Below are positions 9,392-18,373 of a stretch of DNA of 58,498 bases, one piece after another (the first letter of the stretch is position 1; the number at the start of each line of letters is the position of its first letter). The notes below the pieces were generated by a model, which saw nothing but the letters and a program-made list of their open reading frames with translations, was not told where the DNA came from and made no database searches. The stretch is from Patescibacteria group bacterium (GTDB taxonomy: Bacteria; Patescibacteriota; UBA1384; UBA12157; JAENIV01), in the NCBI GenBank assembly GCA_041666185.1, contig JBAYHL010000005.1, forward strand, positions 1 to 58,498. The letters are read 5' to 3'. The position numbers and the translations under genes are program-made.

Positions 9392-9844
9392 ATGTTTAAG
9401 AAAGAGCCTGCCCTGAGTAAGCAAAGTGAATCAAAGGGTTTTACTCTTATTGAATTATTAATAGTTGTTGTTGTGATCGCTATTTTATCATCAATGGTAA
9501 TTGTGGCTATAGGCGATACTAGAAAAAAAGCCAGATTAACAGCTGGTCAATCTTCAATTGCTTCTATTCCGCCAGCTATGGTTTCTTGTCTTGATAAGGG
9601 AGGCACTGTTCAGTCGCCTCCAAATACTGCTAATAGTAGGCTTATTTGCGACGCAAGTCATCAATTTATTGCCGATGCCACATATCCAGATTTAACTTCA
9701 AAAGGTTGGACGTATGGTACACTTACTTCATCTGGTGACGATGTATCTTTCACTGTTACGTGTCCAAAAGCCATGTGTGGCGGCACACCTACGGGATATA
9801 GGGCTACTTGTAACACAAACGGTTGCGATTTCGCGAATTATTAA
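9392..9844 (+). CDS. Type IV prepilin (short form)
   Basis: Class III signal [18 protein letters not shown]; six Cys; C-terminal CNTNGCDF loop. ATG 9392 preferred over TTG 9377. Confidence 0.85.
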   Translation: MFKKEPALSKQSESKGFTLIELLIVVVVIAILSSMVIVAIGDTRKKARLTAGQSSIASIPPAMVSCLDKGGTVQSPPNTANSRLICDASHQFIADATYPDLTSKGWTYGTLTSSGDDVSFTVTCPKAMCGGTPTGYRATCNTNGCDFANY

Positions 9845-9887
9845 TTAAATAATTTTTATATAAAATATATTTTCAAAAAGGAGTGGG

Positions 9888-10961
9888 ATGGCAAAAAAAA
9901 GTAAAAATGTTGTTATTTTTGCTAGGATAACTAATAAAGAAAAAGTCTTTTTCACCAGACAGTTAGCTGTTATGGTCTCGGCAGGGCTGGCAGTCGATAA
10001 CTGTATTCGATTACTTCGAATGCAAACCAAAAATCCTACTTTTCAAAAAGTTTTGGATAAAGTTTATCAAGATATTTTAGCAGGAAAAGCTCTTTCGGAA
10101 TCTTTAGGCCAATTTCCAAGATATTTTGATAGTTTTTATATTGCCGTTGTTCGTTCTGGGGAAACTTTGGGTAAATTAGATAGCGTTTTAACTCATTTGG
10201 CTGACCAAATGGAGCTCTTTCAAAGCTTTGCTAGTAAAATAAAATCTGCTTTGGCTTATCCTATATTTATTGTCGTCGCAATGGTTGGTGTCGTAGTTGT
10301 GATGATGGTCAAAGTTGTTCCTACCTTAAAAACAGTTTTTGCGGATGCTGGGGCAGAATTGCCATTTGCCACAAAGGTAGTTATGGCTACATCGGATTTT
10401 TTAGTTCTTTATTGGTGGTTGGTTTTAATTATTTTAGTAATCTTAGTCATAAGCATTGTTCTTGTTTTTCGTAAAACTGAACGTGGTCGTTGGTGGTGGG
10501 ATACAATCAAATTAAAAGCGCCACTTATTAATTATGTTTCTTATGATATTAATATGTCTCGTTTTGCCAGGACTATGGCGATGTTAATGCAAGCAGGTGT
10601 GCCGATTATTGAATCTATCAAGATTACAATGGCAATTATGAACAATCGTATCTATACGAAAATTTTGAAAAATGTTATTTTGCAAGTAGAGCGAGGTATT
10701 CCAATGTCTGTACCTTTAGAGAAGGAAAAAGATTTTACCATTTTAACAACTCAAATGATTATGATCGGTGAGCAGACCGGAAGAATGGAAATGCTTTTGG
10801 GGAAAGTTGCTGATTACTATGAAGACGAGACGGACACTAAAATTAAAACCATTTCTAGCTTGATTGAGCCAATAACAATTGTTGTGATTGGTATAGGAGT
10901 GGCATTTGTTTTATATTCGATTTTGTATCCAATATATTCATTAACAAGCGTAATTAAATAA
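9888..10961 (+). CDS. pilC: Type IV pilus platform protein (GspF/PilC family)
   Basis: Two T2SS-F repeats (FTRQLAVMVSAGLAV... and FARTMAMLMQAGVPI...), three TM segments. Confidence 0.9.
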   Translation: MAKKSKNVVIFARITNKEKVFFTRQLAVMVSAGLAVDNCIRLLRMQTKNPTFQKVLDKVYQDILAGKALSESLGQFPRYFDSFYIAVVRSGETLGKLDSVLTHLADQMELFQSFASKIKSALAYPIFIVVAMVGVVVVMMVKVVPTLKTVFADAGAELPFATKVVMATSDFLVLYWWLVLIILVILVISIVLVFRKTERGRWWWDTIKLKAPLINYVSYDINMSRFARTMAMLMQAGVPIIESIKITMAIMNNRIYTKILKNVILQVERGIPMSVPLEKEKDFTILTTQMIMIGEQTGRMEMLLGKVADYYEDETDTKIKTISSLIEPITIVVIGIGVAFVLYSILYPIYSLTSVIK

Positions 10962-11030
10962 ATCTTGAAAGATTAGCATTAGAAGTGGTCGATCTAATCG
11001 AGAAATAATTTATAAAAAAAGGAGATTTTT

Positions 11031-11429
11031 ATGACAAGGAAAAAAGGTTTTACTTTAATCGAGCTTTTGGTGGTTATTGCTATCATCGGTATTTTAGCGG
11101 CTATGATTTTAGTGGCATTAAGTAGTGCCAGACAAAAAGCCAAAATTGCTTCTGGCAAAGGTTCATTATCAGGAATCCCAGCAGCTTTGGCAATTTGTCG
11201 AGATTCGAACATTTCTGTTAATACGCCAGCCGTCGCTGGTGGTAATGCAGTTTGTACCGGTGAAACAGCGACTTATCCCGATATTGCAGCATCTGCAGGT
11301 TGGGTTTGGGGCGCAGTTGCAAATGGTACTGCTGACAACGTAACCGTTGCAGCTAGCTGTGTTGCAGCGACTTGTGGAGCACTTCAGGGTGCCTCTTGTG
11401 GCACTACTGGTTGCACTTTTACACCGTAG
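11031..11429 (+). CDS. Type IV prepilin (short form, likely a major pilin candidate)
   Basis: [24 protein letters not shown]; six Cys; ends [10 protein letters not shown]. Confidence 0.85.
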   Translation: MTRKKGFTLIELLVVIAIIGILAAMILVALSSARQKAKIASGKGSLSGIPAALAICRDSNISVNTPAVAGGNAVCTGETATYPDIAASAGWVWGAVANGTADNVTVAASCVAATCGALQGASCGTTGCTFTP

Positions 11430-11437
11430 TCTAAGTA

Positions 11438-11614
11438 GATCACCTCTCGGATAGAAGTTTTAAGAAATAAGAGATGAGAAAGAAGAGAAATCGACAAAGC
11501 AGACTTGGCATATGCCTTGCTTTGTCGGCAGACCCCGTAGACGACACTTCTTAAATAACAGAACGGAGTTCGTTTTTAAGAAAGGAGTTCTACTGGGGTC
11601 ACCGAGGGGTGATC
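11438..11614 (+). ncRNA. Structured intergenic RNA element (nested helices) between pilin genes; function unknown
   Basis: Outer helix GATCACCTCTCGG (11438-11450) / CCGAGGGGTGATC (11602-11614); hairpin CGACAAAGCA (11492-11501) / TGCTTTGTCG (11518-11527); helix GACCCCGTAG (11531-11540) / CTACTGGGGTC (11590-11600); inner CTTCTTAAA / TTTAAGAA(A)G. Confidence 0.45.
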
Positions 11615-11663
11615 CCTTAGTCGTCGAAGAAATTCGGCGTTATGTGTTGAATTTTAAGGAGAG

Positions 11664-12374
11664 ATGTTGCGAAATAAAGGCTTGCTCGTAGCGAAGCGGA
11701 GAGGTTTTACTTTGATTGAACTTTTGGTGGTCATCGCTATTATTGGCATTCTAGCGGCGATGATAATTGTTGCATTGGGTGATTCAAGAAAGAGATCAAG
11801 AATTGCTTCCGGGAAATCCTCTCTGTCTAGCGTGTCGGGAGCCATGGCTATGTGTGTTTATGGTGGTGGAACCATAAGGAGCGCAACAAATAATGGTTAT
11901 ATTTGCAGTTCAACAACAATTACTGATGCTGTATATCCTAATTTAACTTCTTCTCGTTGGGGCTGGATTTCTGCTCCTAATGGAAGCGGTGATTCTGTTA
12001 CGATACGTTCTTATTGCCGTTATTTTAATTGTGGTGTTGATCAATCTGCTTCTTGCGGATTGACTGGTTGCACTTTTAATTCTAGCACTTCTGGCACAAA
12101 TTTATTTTTTATAAGTGCGGCATTTCCGTATAATAATCCGTATATTACATCTGCAACTTACGCAGTAACGTTTAGAGTTTATTTTAATGATCCTCCCCAA
12201 CAAATAAGTTGGAGTATACAACCGTCACTTAGTAGCTGTATGGCATTTGGTAATCCACCAGCAGCATATACATGCACTCGGCCTGTTGGTAATACGACCG
12301 CCTATACCGTAAAAGCAGTGGCTACAAAAAATGGTAACACGGTTACGCAAGAATGGTTATGGAAAACTCCGTAA
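11664..12374 (+). CDS. Type IV prepilin, long form with ~100-aa C-terminal extension
   Basis: [22 protein letters not shown]; CGLTGCTF loop followed by [10 protein letters not shown]... module; tandem paralog of 12428-13156. Confidence 0.85.
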   Translation: MLRNKGLLVAKRRGFTLIELLVVIAIIGILAAMIIVALGDSRKRSRIASGKSSLSSVSGAMAMCVYGGGTIRSATNNGYICSSTTITDAVYPNLTSSRWGWISAPNGSGDSVTIRSYCRYFNCGVDQSASCGLTGCTFNSSTSGTNLFFISAAFPYNNPYITSATYAVTFRVYFNDPPQQISWSIQPSLSSCMAFGNPPAAYTCTRPVGNTTAYTVKAVATKNGNTVTQEWLWKTP

Positions 12375-12427
12375 TTAATATAAAATTCGATTTAGTTAAG
12401 TGTTGAGATTAGATTTGAGGAGACAAA

Positions 12428-13156
12428 TTGCAAAATAAAGGCTTGCCCGTAGTGAAGCGGAGAGGTTTTACTTTAATTGAACTTTTAGTAGCAGTTGCTA
12501 TTATTGGTATTTTAGCGGCGATGATAATCGTTGCGTTGGGTGACTCGAGGAGAAAGGCAAGAATTGCTTCAGCAAAAGCTTCTTTATCGAGTGTTTCGTC
12601 GGCTTTGTCGTTGTGTATTTATGGGGGTGGAACAGCGGGAAATGCTGGAACGAATGCTTATATTTGTTACGATCCGCCACCTAATCAAACACAGCATACA
12701 ATTACTGATGTAAGGTATCCTGATATAGCTTCAAAAAATAAATGGAGCTGGATTACTGTTACTAGTGGTAGTGGTGATTCAACTGCCGTACGTGCTCGTT
12801 GCTTTGCCAGTAATTGTGGAACTGAACAAATTGCTTCTTGCGGAACAACTGGTTGTGATTTTGATTCCGGCGCAAATTTATTTTTTGTAACTAGTGCGTA
12901 TCCGAGTAATCCTTTAACTTCAAGTTTGAGCTACACTTCTTCGGTTACTTTTTACGCTTATTTCAACACTGCTCCGGACAGTGTAGCCTGGAGTGTTGAG
13001 CCATCTGCTAATTGTGGCACACCAACGACTGCTGGTCTTTCCTCGAGGCGTACCTGTACTCGTTACACTGGTGATGCTAAGGTTTATACCATAAAGGCAG
13101 TGGCTACAAAAGGAAGTAATACAGCTACCCAGGAATGGGCATGGAGAGCGCTGTAA
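12428..13156 (+). CDS. Type IV prepilin, long form with ~100-aa C-terminal extension
   Basis: TTG start after GAGGAG; [22 protein letters not shown]; CGTTGCDF followed by [10 protein letters not shown]...YT(V/I)KAVATK...TQEW.W. Confidence 0.85.
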   Translation: MQNKGLPVVKRRGFTLIELLVAVAIIGILAAMIIVALGDSRRKARIASAKASLSSVSSALSLCIYGGGTAGNAGTNAYICYDPPPNQTQHTITDVRYPDIASKNKWSWITVTSGSGDSTAVRARCFASNCGTEQIASCGTTGCDFDSGANLFFVTSAYPSNPLTSSLSYTSSVTFYAYFNTAPDSVAWSVEPSANCGTPTTAGLSSRRTCTRYTGDAKVYTIKAVATKGSNTATQEWAWRAL

Positions 13157-13219
13157 CGTATCTTAACTTTTGGCTTTTAAAATTTAATTGTAGTAATATA
13201 AAAGTAAGGAGAGGTGTTG

Positions 13220-14014
13220 ATGAATACTTTTCAATTTATAATCATAGTCTTAGTTGCTTTTTTTGGTCTTTCAGTAGGATCGTTTTTAAACGTTGTCGTG
13301 TTAAGGTTTGACGATATTGAAAGCATTATTAAAACTCGTTCTCGTTGCCCACATTGCAAAAAAAATCTTCCTTGGTATGATTTGGTACCATTTTTTTCTT
13401 ATATTATTTTAGCGGGTCGTTGCCGAGTGTGTAAAAAAACAATCTCGATTCAATATCCAATCGTTGAAGCGGTAACTGCCTTAATATTCGTTCTTATTTA
13501 TTGGCAATATGGTCTTTCGATTGAAGGAACGCTTTTAGCGATTATTTCCTCTCTCTTAATTGTTGTTGCAACTTATGACTGGTTGCATTTAGAAATTCCA
13601 GATATTTTAATTTACTCAGCGGCGATTTTCGCTTCAGGTTTAATTGTTTATAGCTTGTGGCAAATTCAAAGTCTACCAGATTTAAATTCTTGGTTAACTT
13701 ATATTTATGGTTTATTAATTGGTGTAGGTTTTTTTGGATTTTTAGTAGTTGTATCAAAGCAGAAATGGATGGGGGTTGGCGATGTTTTGTTAGCAGGGCT
13801 CATGGGCCTGATTTTAGGTTACCCGAATATTATTGTCGCACTGTTTTTAGCTTTTCTTTTGGGATCATTATTTAGTTTGGTTCTAATGGCGACTAAGAAA
13901 AAAACTTTAAAAGATGCTGTGCCGTTTGGGCCATTTTTAGTCCTGGCAACTTTTATTGCGCTTTTTTGGGGAAATAATTTATTAAATATTTATCTTTTGA
14001 GGTTTGGATTATAA
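13220..14014 (+). CDS. pilD: Prepilin peptidase (A24 family)
   Basis: CPHC...CRVC zinc motif, polytopic TM, GVGDVLL and PFGPFL motifs. ATG 13220 preferred (SD AAGGAGAGG). Confidence 0.9.
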   Translation: MNTFQFIIIVLVAFFGLSVGSFLNVVVLRFDDIESIIKTRSRCPHCKKNLPWYDLVPFFSYIILAGRCRVCKKTISIQYPIVEAVTALIFVLIYWQYGLSIEGTLLAIISSLLIVVATYDWLHLEIPDILIYSAAIFASGLIVYSLWQIQSLPDLNSWLTYIYGLLIGVGFFGFLVVVSKQKWMGVGDVLLAGLMGLILGYPNIIVALFLAFLLGSLFSLVLMATKKKTLKDAVPFGPFLVLATFIALFWGNNLLNIYLLRFGL

Positions 14015-14027
14015 AAATTAGGGTTTT

Positions 14028-14570
14028 ATGAAAAAAGGTTTTACTTTAATTGAATTGATGGTTGTTATCGTCATTGTCGTCATTATTACAGTTACTTCTA
14101 TTGTTGGAATTTCCGCTTCACGAAGTCGCAGGCAAGTCAAAACAACTGCTGAAAATTTAGAGAGTTTCTTAACCGAAGCGCGTGCAGAGGCAACGAGTCC
14201 CGATGATACAAGTTTTGGTGTGGCAAAATTGAGATTGGAAATTAGCACGAGTGGTGTAAGGTTGTACAAAGTAAACGCCAGTAATAGCAATTTAGGTGAA
14301 ATGAGTTCACCAAAATTTAGTATTCCTGGCGGAATTTCGGTCACGGCTAATGGTAGCATGACACATCTTACAACAGGTTGTTTCAGTGCAAATCCTTGTG
14401 ATTATTTCAGCTTCAATACTTCAAGTTCTTCTACTTTGAGTATTGGTCAAATAACTAACACTAATCCAGCTGCTGCCGCATCAATAGGTATTCGTGTGTC
14501 CAATGGTAATGATTCTTATCAAGTTACAGACGATGTTTTAACTGGCTTGATAACAATTACCCAATTATAA
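14028..14570 (+). CDS. Minor pilin / pseudopilin (GspH/FimT-like)
   Basis: [17 protein letters not shown] prepilin signal. Confidence 0.75.
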   Translation: MKKGFTLIELMVVIVIVVIITVTSIVGISASRSRRQVKTTAENLESFLTEARAEATSPDDTSFGVAKLRLEISTSGVRLYKVNASNSNLGEMSSPKFSIPGGISVTANGSMTHLTTGCFSANPCDYFSFNTSSSSTLSIGQITNTNPAAAASIGIRVSNGNDSYQVTDDVLTGLITITQL

Positions 14571-14579
14571 AGGAGACTC

Positions 14580-15185
14580 ATGAGAAAGACTAAATTTAAT
14601 TTACGAAGAAATATGCAAGGGTTTACTCTCATAGAGATGCTTATGGCAGTTTTTGTTTTTATGATTCTTTTTTTGATTGCTTCTTCTTTTGTTAATTTGG
14701 CTGCCGGTTCAACAAAATCTGCTCGAACAAAAATACTAACTAATGATGTAAGAAGCGCTTCAGATATAATTTCCGAAAAAATAAATAATGCCAACCAAAA
14801 GGTTGCCGTTGGTACAGATACGATTTATGGATTAAAAGTAAAAAATAATATTTTAGGAATTGCAACAACTACTGGATCGGGTACAAGATGTACTTTTTTT
14901 GGTGAAAATGGTGATAGTTTATCTATGTTAGAAGGTAGTTGCCCAAGCTCTTGGCCAGTAGCAAGTGGTTTAACCAAGAAATTAACCGGATCAAGTGTTA
15001 AAATTACGGGTTTAACTTTTACTTTGGCTAATGAAGTTACACCGACTTCCACAACATCACCTTATTTAAAAATTGTTGTTAATGCTGAAGATGCTGACGC
15101 AAAGTATGCTAGCGACAATCAAATCAATCTTCAAACTTCTTATACGATAGATTATCAAACAATAAAAAGGTTGCAGGCACAATAA
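14580..15185 (+). CDS. Minor pilin (PilW-like)
   Basis: ...NMQG/FTLIEMLMAVFVF prepilin signal; SD AAGGAG. Confidence 0.7.
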   Translation: MRKTKFNLRRNMQGFTLIEMLMAVFVFMILFLIASSFVNLAAGSTKSARTKILTNDVRSASDIISEKINNANQKVAVGTDTIYGLKVKNNILGIATTTGSGTRCTFFGENGDSLSMLEGSCPSSWPVASGLTKKLTGSSVKITGLTFTLANEVTPTSTTSPYLKIVVNAEDADAKYASDNQINLQTSYTIDYQTIKRLQAQ

Positions 15186-15187
15186 AT

Positions 15188-15766
15188 ATGAAAAACATAT
15201 TTCATTTTAAATTATATTCTTCCGGCTTTGCATTAATCTACACTCTTCTTTTTATTGTTTTGCTTTTAATTACCGTTTCGGCAACGTGGTTAACTGGTAT
15301 GACTGATCTTCGTCTTTCTCAAAAGTCGAATTATTCAGTCCAAGCTTATCAGTTGGCTCAAGCGGGAGTTGACGATGGTTTTGTAAGTTATAAAGACCAG
15401 ATTGGCACTGCTTATCCCGTACCAGCAATAACAGATCCTGCATCTGCTTGTGGAACACCTTCAAAAGTATTTAGAGTTAACCCAAATGTTACACCAGCGA
15501 CATCGCCATCTGTTAATCTTTCTCCACCGCCAGCACTTACTGATACGGTTGAGGGTAGATACGACTATAGAATTTGTACTACTGGTTCTGTAACCACGAT
15601 CGAAGGTGTTGGCTATTACAAGGGAAGTAAAATCACTTTAAAAGCGACGGTTACCCATGTAGATACGCCGATTATGGGAGTTGATTCTGGTGGTAATCCT
15701 GTACGTATTGGTACGGATCACAGTAAAGATTATTTAACAACTTACCAAACAGGACCATCACAGTAA
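15188..15766 (+). CDS. PilX-like minor pilin/pilus-associated protein (non-canonical signal)
   Basis: SSGFALIYTLLFIVLLLITVSATWL...LSQKS...AYQLAQAG resembles the PilX N-terminal domain; lacks the Glu5 position. Confidence 0.55.
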   Translation: MKNIFHFKLYSSGFALIYTLLFIVLLLITVSATWLTGMTDLRLSQKSNYSVQAYQLAQAGVDDGFVSYKDQIGTAYPVPAITDPASACGTPSKVFRVNPNVTPATSPSVNLSPPPALTDTVEGRYDYRICTTGSVTTIEGVGYYKGSKITLKATVTHVDTPIMGVDSGGNPVRIGTDHSKDYLTTYQTGPSQ

Positions 15767-15811
15767 ATTTAGAATTATGAATTAAGAATTAAAAATTTAT
15801 TTGGAGGATAC

Positions 15812-16141
15812 ATGTTGAAAATCAAAAATCTAAAAGGTTTTACACTGATCGAAATCTTAATTGCAACGGCTATTTTAGTAATGGTTGGTGTTGCTGCTAT
15901 TGGTGTTGAGAAACAATTTATAGGTTCAGCGGGAGTCAATAAACATAAACTTCAAGCAACCGCTTTGGCTCAAGAGGGGATTAGTGCTGTTCGTGCTGCT
16001 TATAATGCACAGTTAATGACTGGTGGCGCGCTAACGCCTGGTTCGTATACAATTAATACCAGTGGAAGTCTTGTTTCGGGTGCTAGTCAAGTAATACCGT
16101 TAAACGGAGTTAGCTTTACTAGAACAATCACGATTCCTTAA
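15812..16141 (+). CDS. Minor pilin (PilV-like)
   Basis: NLKG/FTLIEILIATAILVMV prepilin signal; 109 aa. Confidence 0.75.
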   Translation: MLKIKNLKGFTLIEILIATAILVMVGVAAIGVEKQFIGSAGVNKHKLQATALAQEGISAVRAAYNAQLMTGGALTPGSYTINTSGSLVSGASQVIPLNGVSFTRTITIP

Positions 16142-16170
16142 AAAACTACACTTTAAAAAGGAGAAGAAAT

Positions 16171-16884
16171 ATGTTGAAAAAACTTAAAAATCGATTTAGT
16201 CTGTTTCAAATTGTTATTTTGTTTTTAAGTGGTGTTTTTGTAACATCAGCTGGTTTTTTATTGATAGATAAAAACAATACTGCTAACGCTGCTACAACAT
16301 ATACACAAACATGGACACCAACGTATGATTCTGATTATCAAAATTATTTTGTAGATAGTAATGACAAGAATTGGCGTTTTCGATGTAATAGCACAATGAC
16401 ACATGCATCAGGAATATGTTCTTTCAGTGATGCAAATAGTAGAATTTCTGGTACGCCAGCAACGGTAGTTAAATGGAGTGTAAGCGGCAGTGTGGGAAGC
16501 ACTAATTTTACTGAATCTTGGTCACCGTCTTCTGTTAGCGGAACAAATTATCATTTTAAAACTATTGCTAAAGGAGGTCCTACGGGCGGAGAAGACCATA
16601 CTCTTTGGGTGTTTACTGGTAATGCTAGGTTGACTTCCGACAAAACATCGTTAGAATATCAGATTTACGTTAACCCTGATGCGGACGAAGGTGCCTGCGA
16701 TAGTGTTAATCAAAGCAGATGTATGAGATGGCTGCGATTTGGTCAAGATCCTGTTGCTGGTGGTTTTCCTGTTTACCCCAGTAGCGATCGGATTGATTTT
16801 ACGCAAGACGAATTACTCTTATGGGTATGGACCGAAATAGAAGAGGGCGAAGTGGCTGGTTGGCAAGTTACTGGTTCAATTTAG
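16171..16884 (+). CDS. Hypothetical membrane-anchored extracellular protein in pilus operon
   Basis: SD AAGGAG; N-terminal TM; Cys-, Trp- and Thr-rich domain; no prepilin motif. Confidence 0.6.
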   Translation: MLKKLKNRFSLFQIVILFLSGVFVTSAGFLLIDKNNTANAATTYTQTWTPTYDSDYQNYFVDSNDKNWRFRCNSTMTHASGICSFSDANSRISGTPATVVKWSVSGSVGSTNFTESWSPSSVSGTNYHFKTIAKGGPTGGEDHTLWVFTGNARLTSDKTSLEYQIYVNPDADEGACDSVNQSRCMRWLRFGQDPVAGGFPVYPSSDRIDFTQDELLLWVWTEIEEGEVAGWQVTGSI

Positions 16885-16896
16885 TAAAGTTGTATT

Positions 16897-17154
16897 ATGA
16901 AAAATAAGACTTATTTAATTATTTTTATCATTTCGTTTTTATTTTTAACTTTTTCTTTAGAAAATAGCGGTTATTTATATAAGATCCCTAAAGTTGGTAA
17001 TTATCTTTTAAGCGTCAAGCTGTCTTATCAAGCGGATAAATTTTCTCCAGAAACTGTTCAGCATAAAAGATTAAAGGCCATGTCGGAAGCGTTTAAAAAG
17101 AATCAAAAAACATATAGTTATGATGGCAGTGGTATTACTGCTCCCAATAAATAG
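16897..17154 (+). CDS. Small hypothetical membrane protein
   Basis: 85 aa, N-terminal TM helix; co-directional, 12-nt gap. Confidence 0.45.
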   Translation: MKNKTYLIIFIISFLFLTFSLENSGYLYKIPKVGNYLLSVKLSYQADKFSPETVQHKRLKAMSEAFKKNQKTYSYDGSGITAPNK

Positions 17155-17165
17155 AAAGGATAAAT

Positions 17166-17405
17166 ATGAAATCTAAAGGAATCTGGCTTTTGGTAATATT
17201 TTCTCTCTTGACTTTTCTAGACGTACTAGTAATTTTTAAACCAGTTAAAGCAATGGCGCCGCCACCTTCGTCACATATTTGGCTTTGGTTTTCGCAGAAC
17301 AAACAAGTTGCTACTGCCACGACAGCTATTGTAACAGTTACATGGCCAGAGGGGACAAGAACGGAAAAAGTGGAATTAAAAACATTGTTAAAAAATTTAA
17401 GATAA
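17166..17405 (+). CDS. Small hypothetical secreted/membrane protein
   Basis: 79 aa, signal-like N-terminus ending VKA/MAPPP. Confidence 0.45.
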   Translation: MKSKGIWLLVIFSLLTFLDVLVIFKPVKAMAPPPSSHIWLWFSQNKQVATATTAIVTVTWPEGTRTEKVELKTLLKNLR

Positions 17406-17421
17406 GGATTAAGGAGCGAAT

Positions 17422-17889
17422 ATGAAATATTTTTCTAAAAAGCGCGGTTTTACACTTATTGAACTTTTGTTAGTGGTAGCAATTATTGTTGTTTTGGCTA
17501 GTTTAGTTTTAGTAAGCGTTTCTAAATCAAGACAAAGTGCCAGAGATGGTAAAAGAAAGGCTGATTTAAGTACGATTCAATTAGCGCTTGAAATGTATAA
17601 GGATTCAAAAGGGGCGTATCCAGTCCATGCTACGTGGGTATACGATGGCCATGCACAGTGGGCTACATTATCAACTGAATTAAAATCTTATCTTTATCCA
17701 ATGCCAAAAGATCCTATTAACAGTACTAAGTATAGGTATGAAATATACACAACAAATGCTAGTTATTATATTCGTACTCGAGTAGAAGATGTTAGTAATA
17801 AAAATGCTGGTGTATCTTGCTACTATGTTATTGGTGGAACTGCTGATACATATCTTCACAGTGATGATGCTGACACCTTTTGCGATTAA
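17422..17889 (+). CDS. Type IV prepilin / GspG-like pseudopilin
   Basis: [23 protein letters not shown], then SRQSARDGKRKADLSTIQLALEMY typical of GspG/PilE helices. Confidence 0.85.
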   Translation: MKYFSKKRGFTLIELLLVVAIIVVLASLVLVSVSKSRQSARDGKRKADLSTIQLALEMYKDSKGAYPVHATWVYDGHAQWATLSTELKSYLYPMPKDPINSTKYRYEIYTTNASYYIRTRVEDVSNKNAGVSCYYVIGGTADTYLHSDDADTFCD

Positions 17890-17896
17890 ATAATCT

Positions 17897-17925
17897 TTGT
17901 CAAGTTTAGATTTTTCTGATACAAT
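17897..17925 (+). promoter_or_regulatory. Sigma70-type promoter TTGTCA-17-TACAAT, 6 nt before the rnhA ATG (leaderless geometry)
   Basis: -35 at 17897-17902, -10 at 17920-17925, ATG at 17932, no SD. Confidence 0.55.
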
Positions 17926-17931
17926 ATCTAT

Positions 17932-18372
17932 ATGAAAATAATTGTTTACTCTGATGGCGGGGCGCGGGGAAATCCTGGGCCAGCGGGCATTGGTTGTGTA
18001 ATTCAAGCACAAAACGAAAAAGACAAAGTAGAAAACTTAGCAGAAATTTCCAAATATATTGGCGTAGCAACTAATAATCAAGCAGAATACAGAGCTGTCG
18101 TAGAAGCTTTGAATTGGTTAATTGCTAACTACGACGTCAACGACACCTCTAAGGTGTTATTAGAGGTTGAGTTTTTCTTAGATTCACAGTTGGTGGTAGA
18201 GCAACTTAATCAAAGGTACAAACTTAAAAATGAGGGCCTAAAGCCTCTTTTTTGGCAAATTCGCGACCTTGTAATAAAATTAGGAGGAAAGGTAACATTT
18301 TGTCATATTCCTCGTGAGCAAAATAAGAAAGCAGATAAGCTGGTTAATTTAGCGATTGATAAAAAGGAATAA
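17932..18372 (+). CDS. rnhA: Ribonuclease HI
   Basis: YSDGGARGNPGPAGIG, NNQAEYRAVVEAL, Asp/Glu catalytic pattern. Confidence 0.85.
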   Translation: MKIIVYSDGGARGNPGPAGIGCVIQAQNEKDKVENLAEISKYIGVATNNQAEYRAVVEALNWLIANYDVNDTSKVLLEVEFFLDSQLVVEQLNQRYKLKNEGLKPLFWQIRDLVIKLGGKVTFCHIPREQNKKADKLVNLAIDKKE

Positions 18373-18373
18373 A

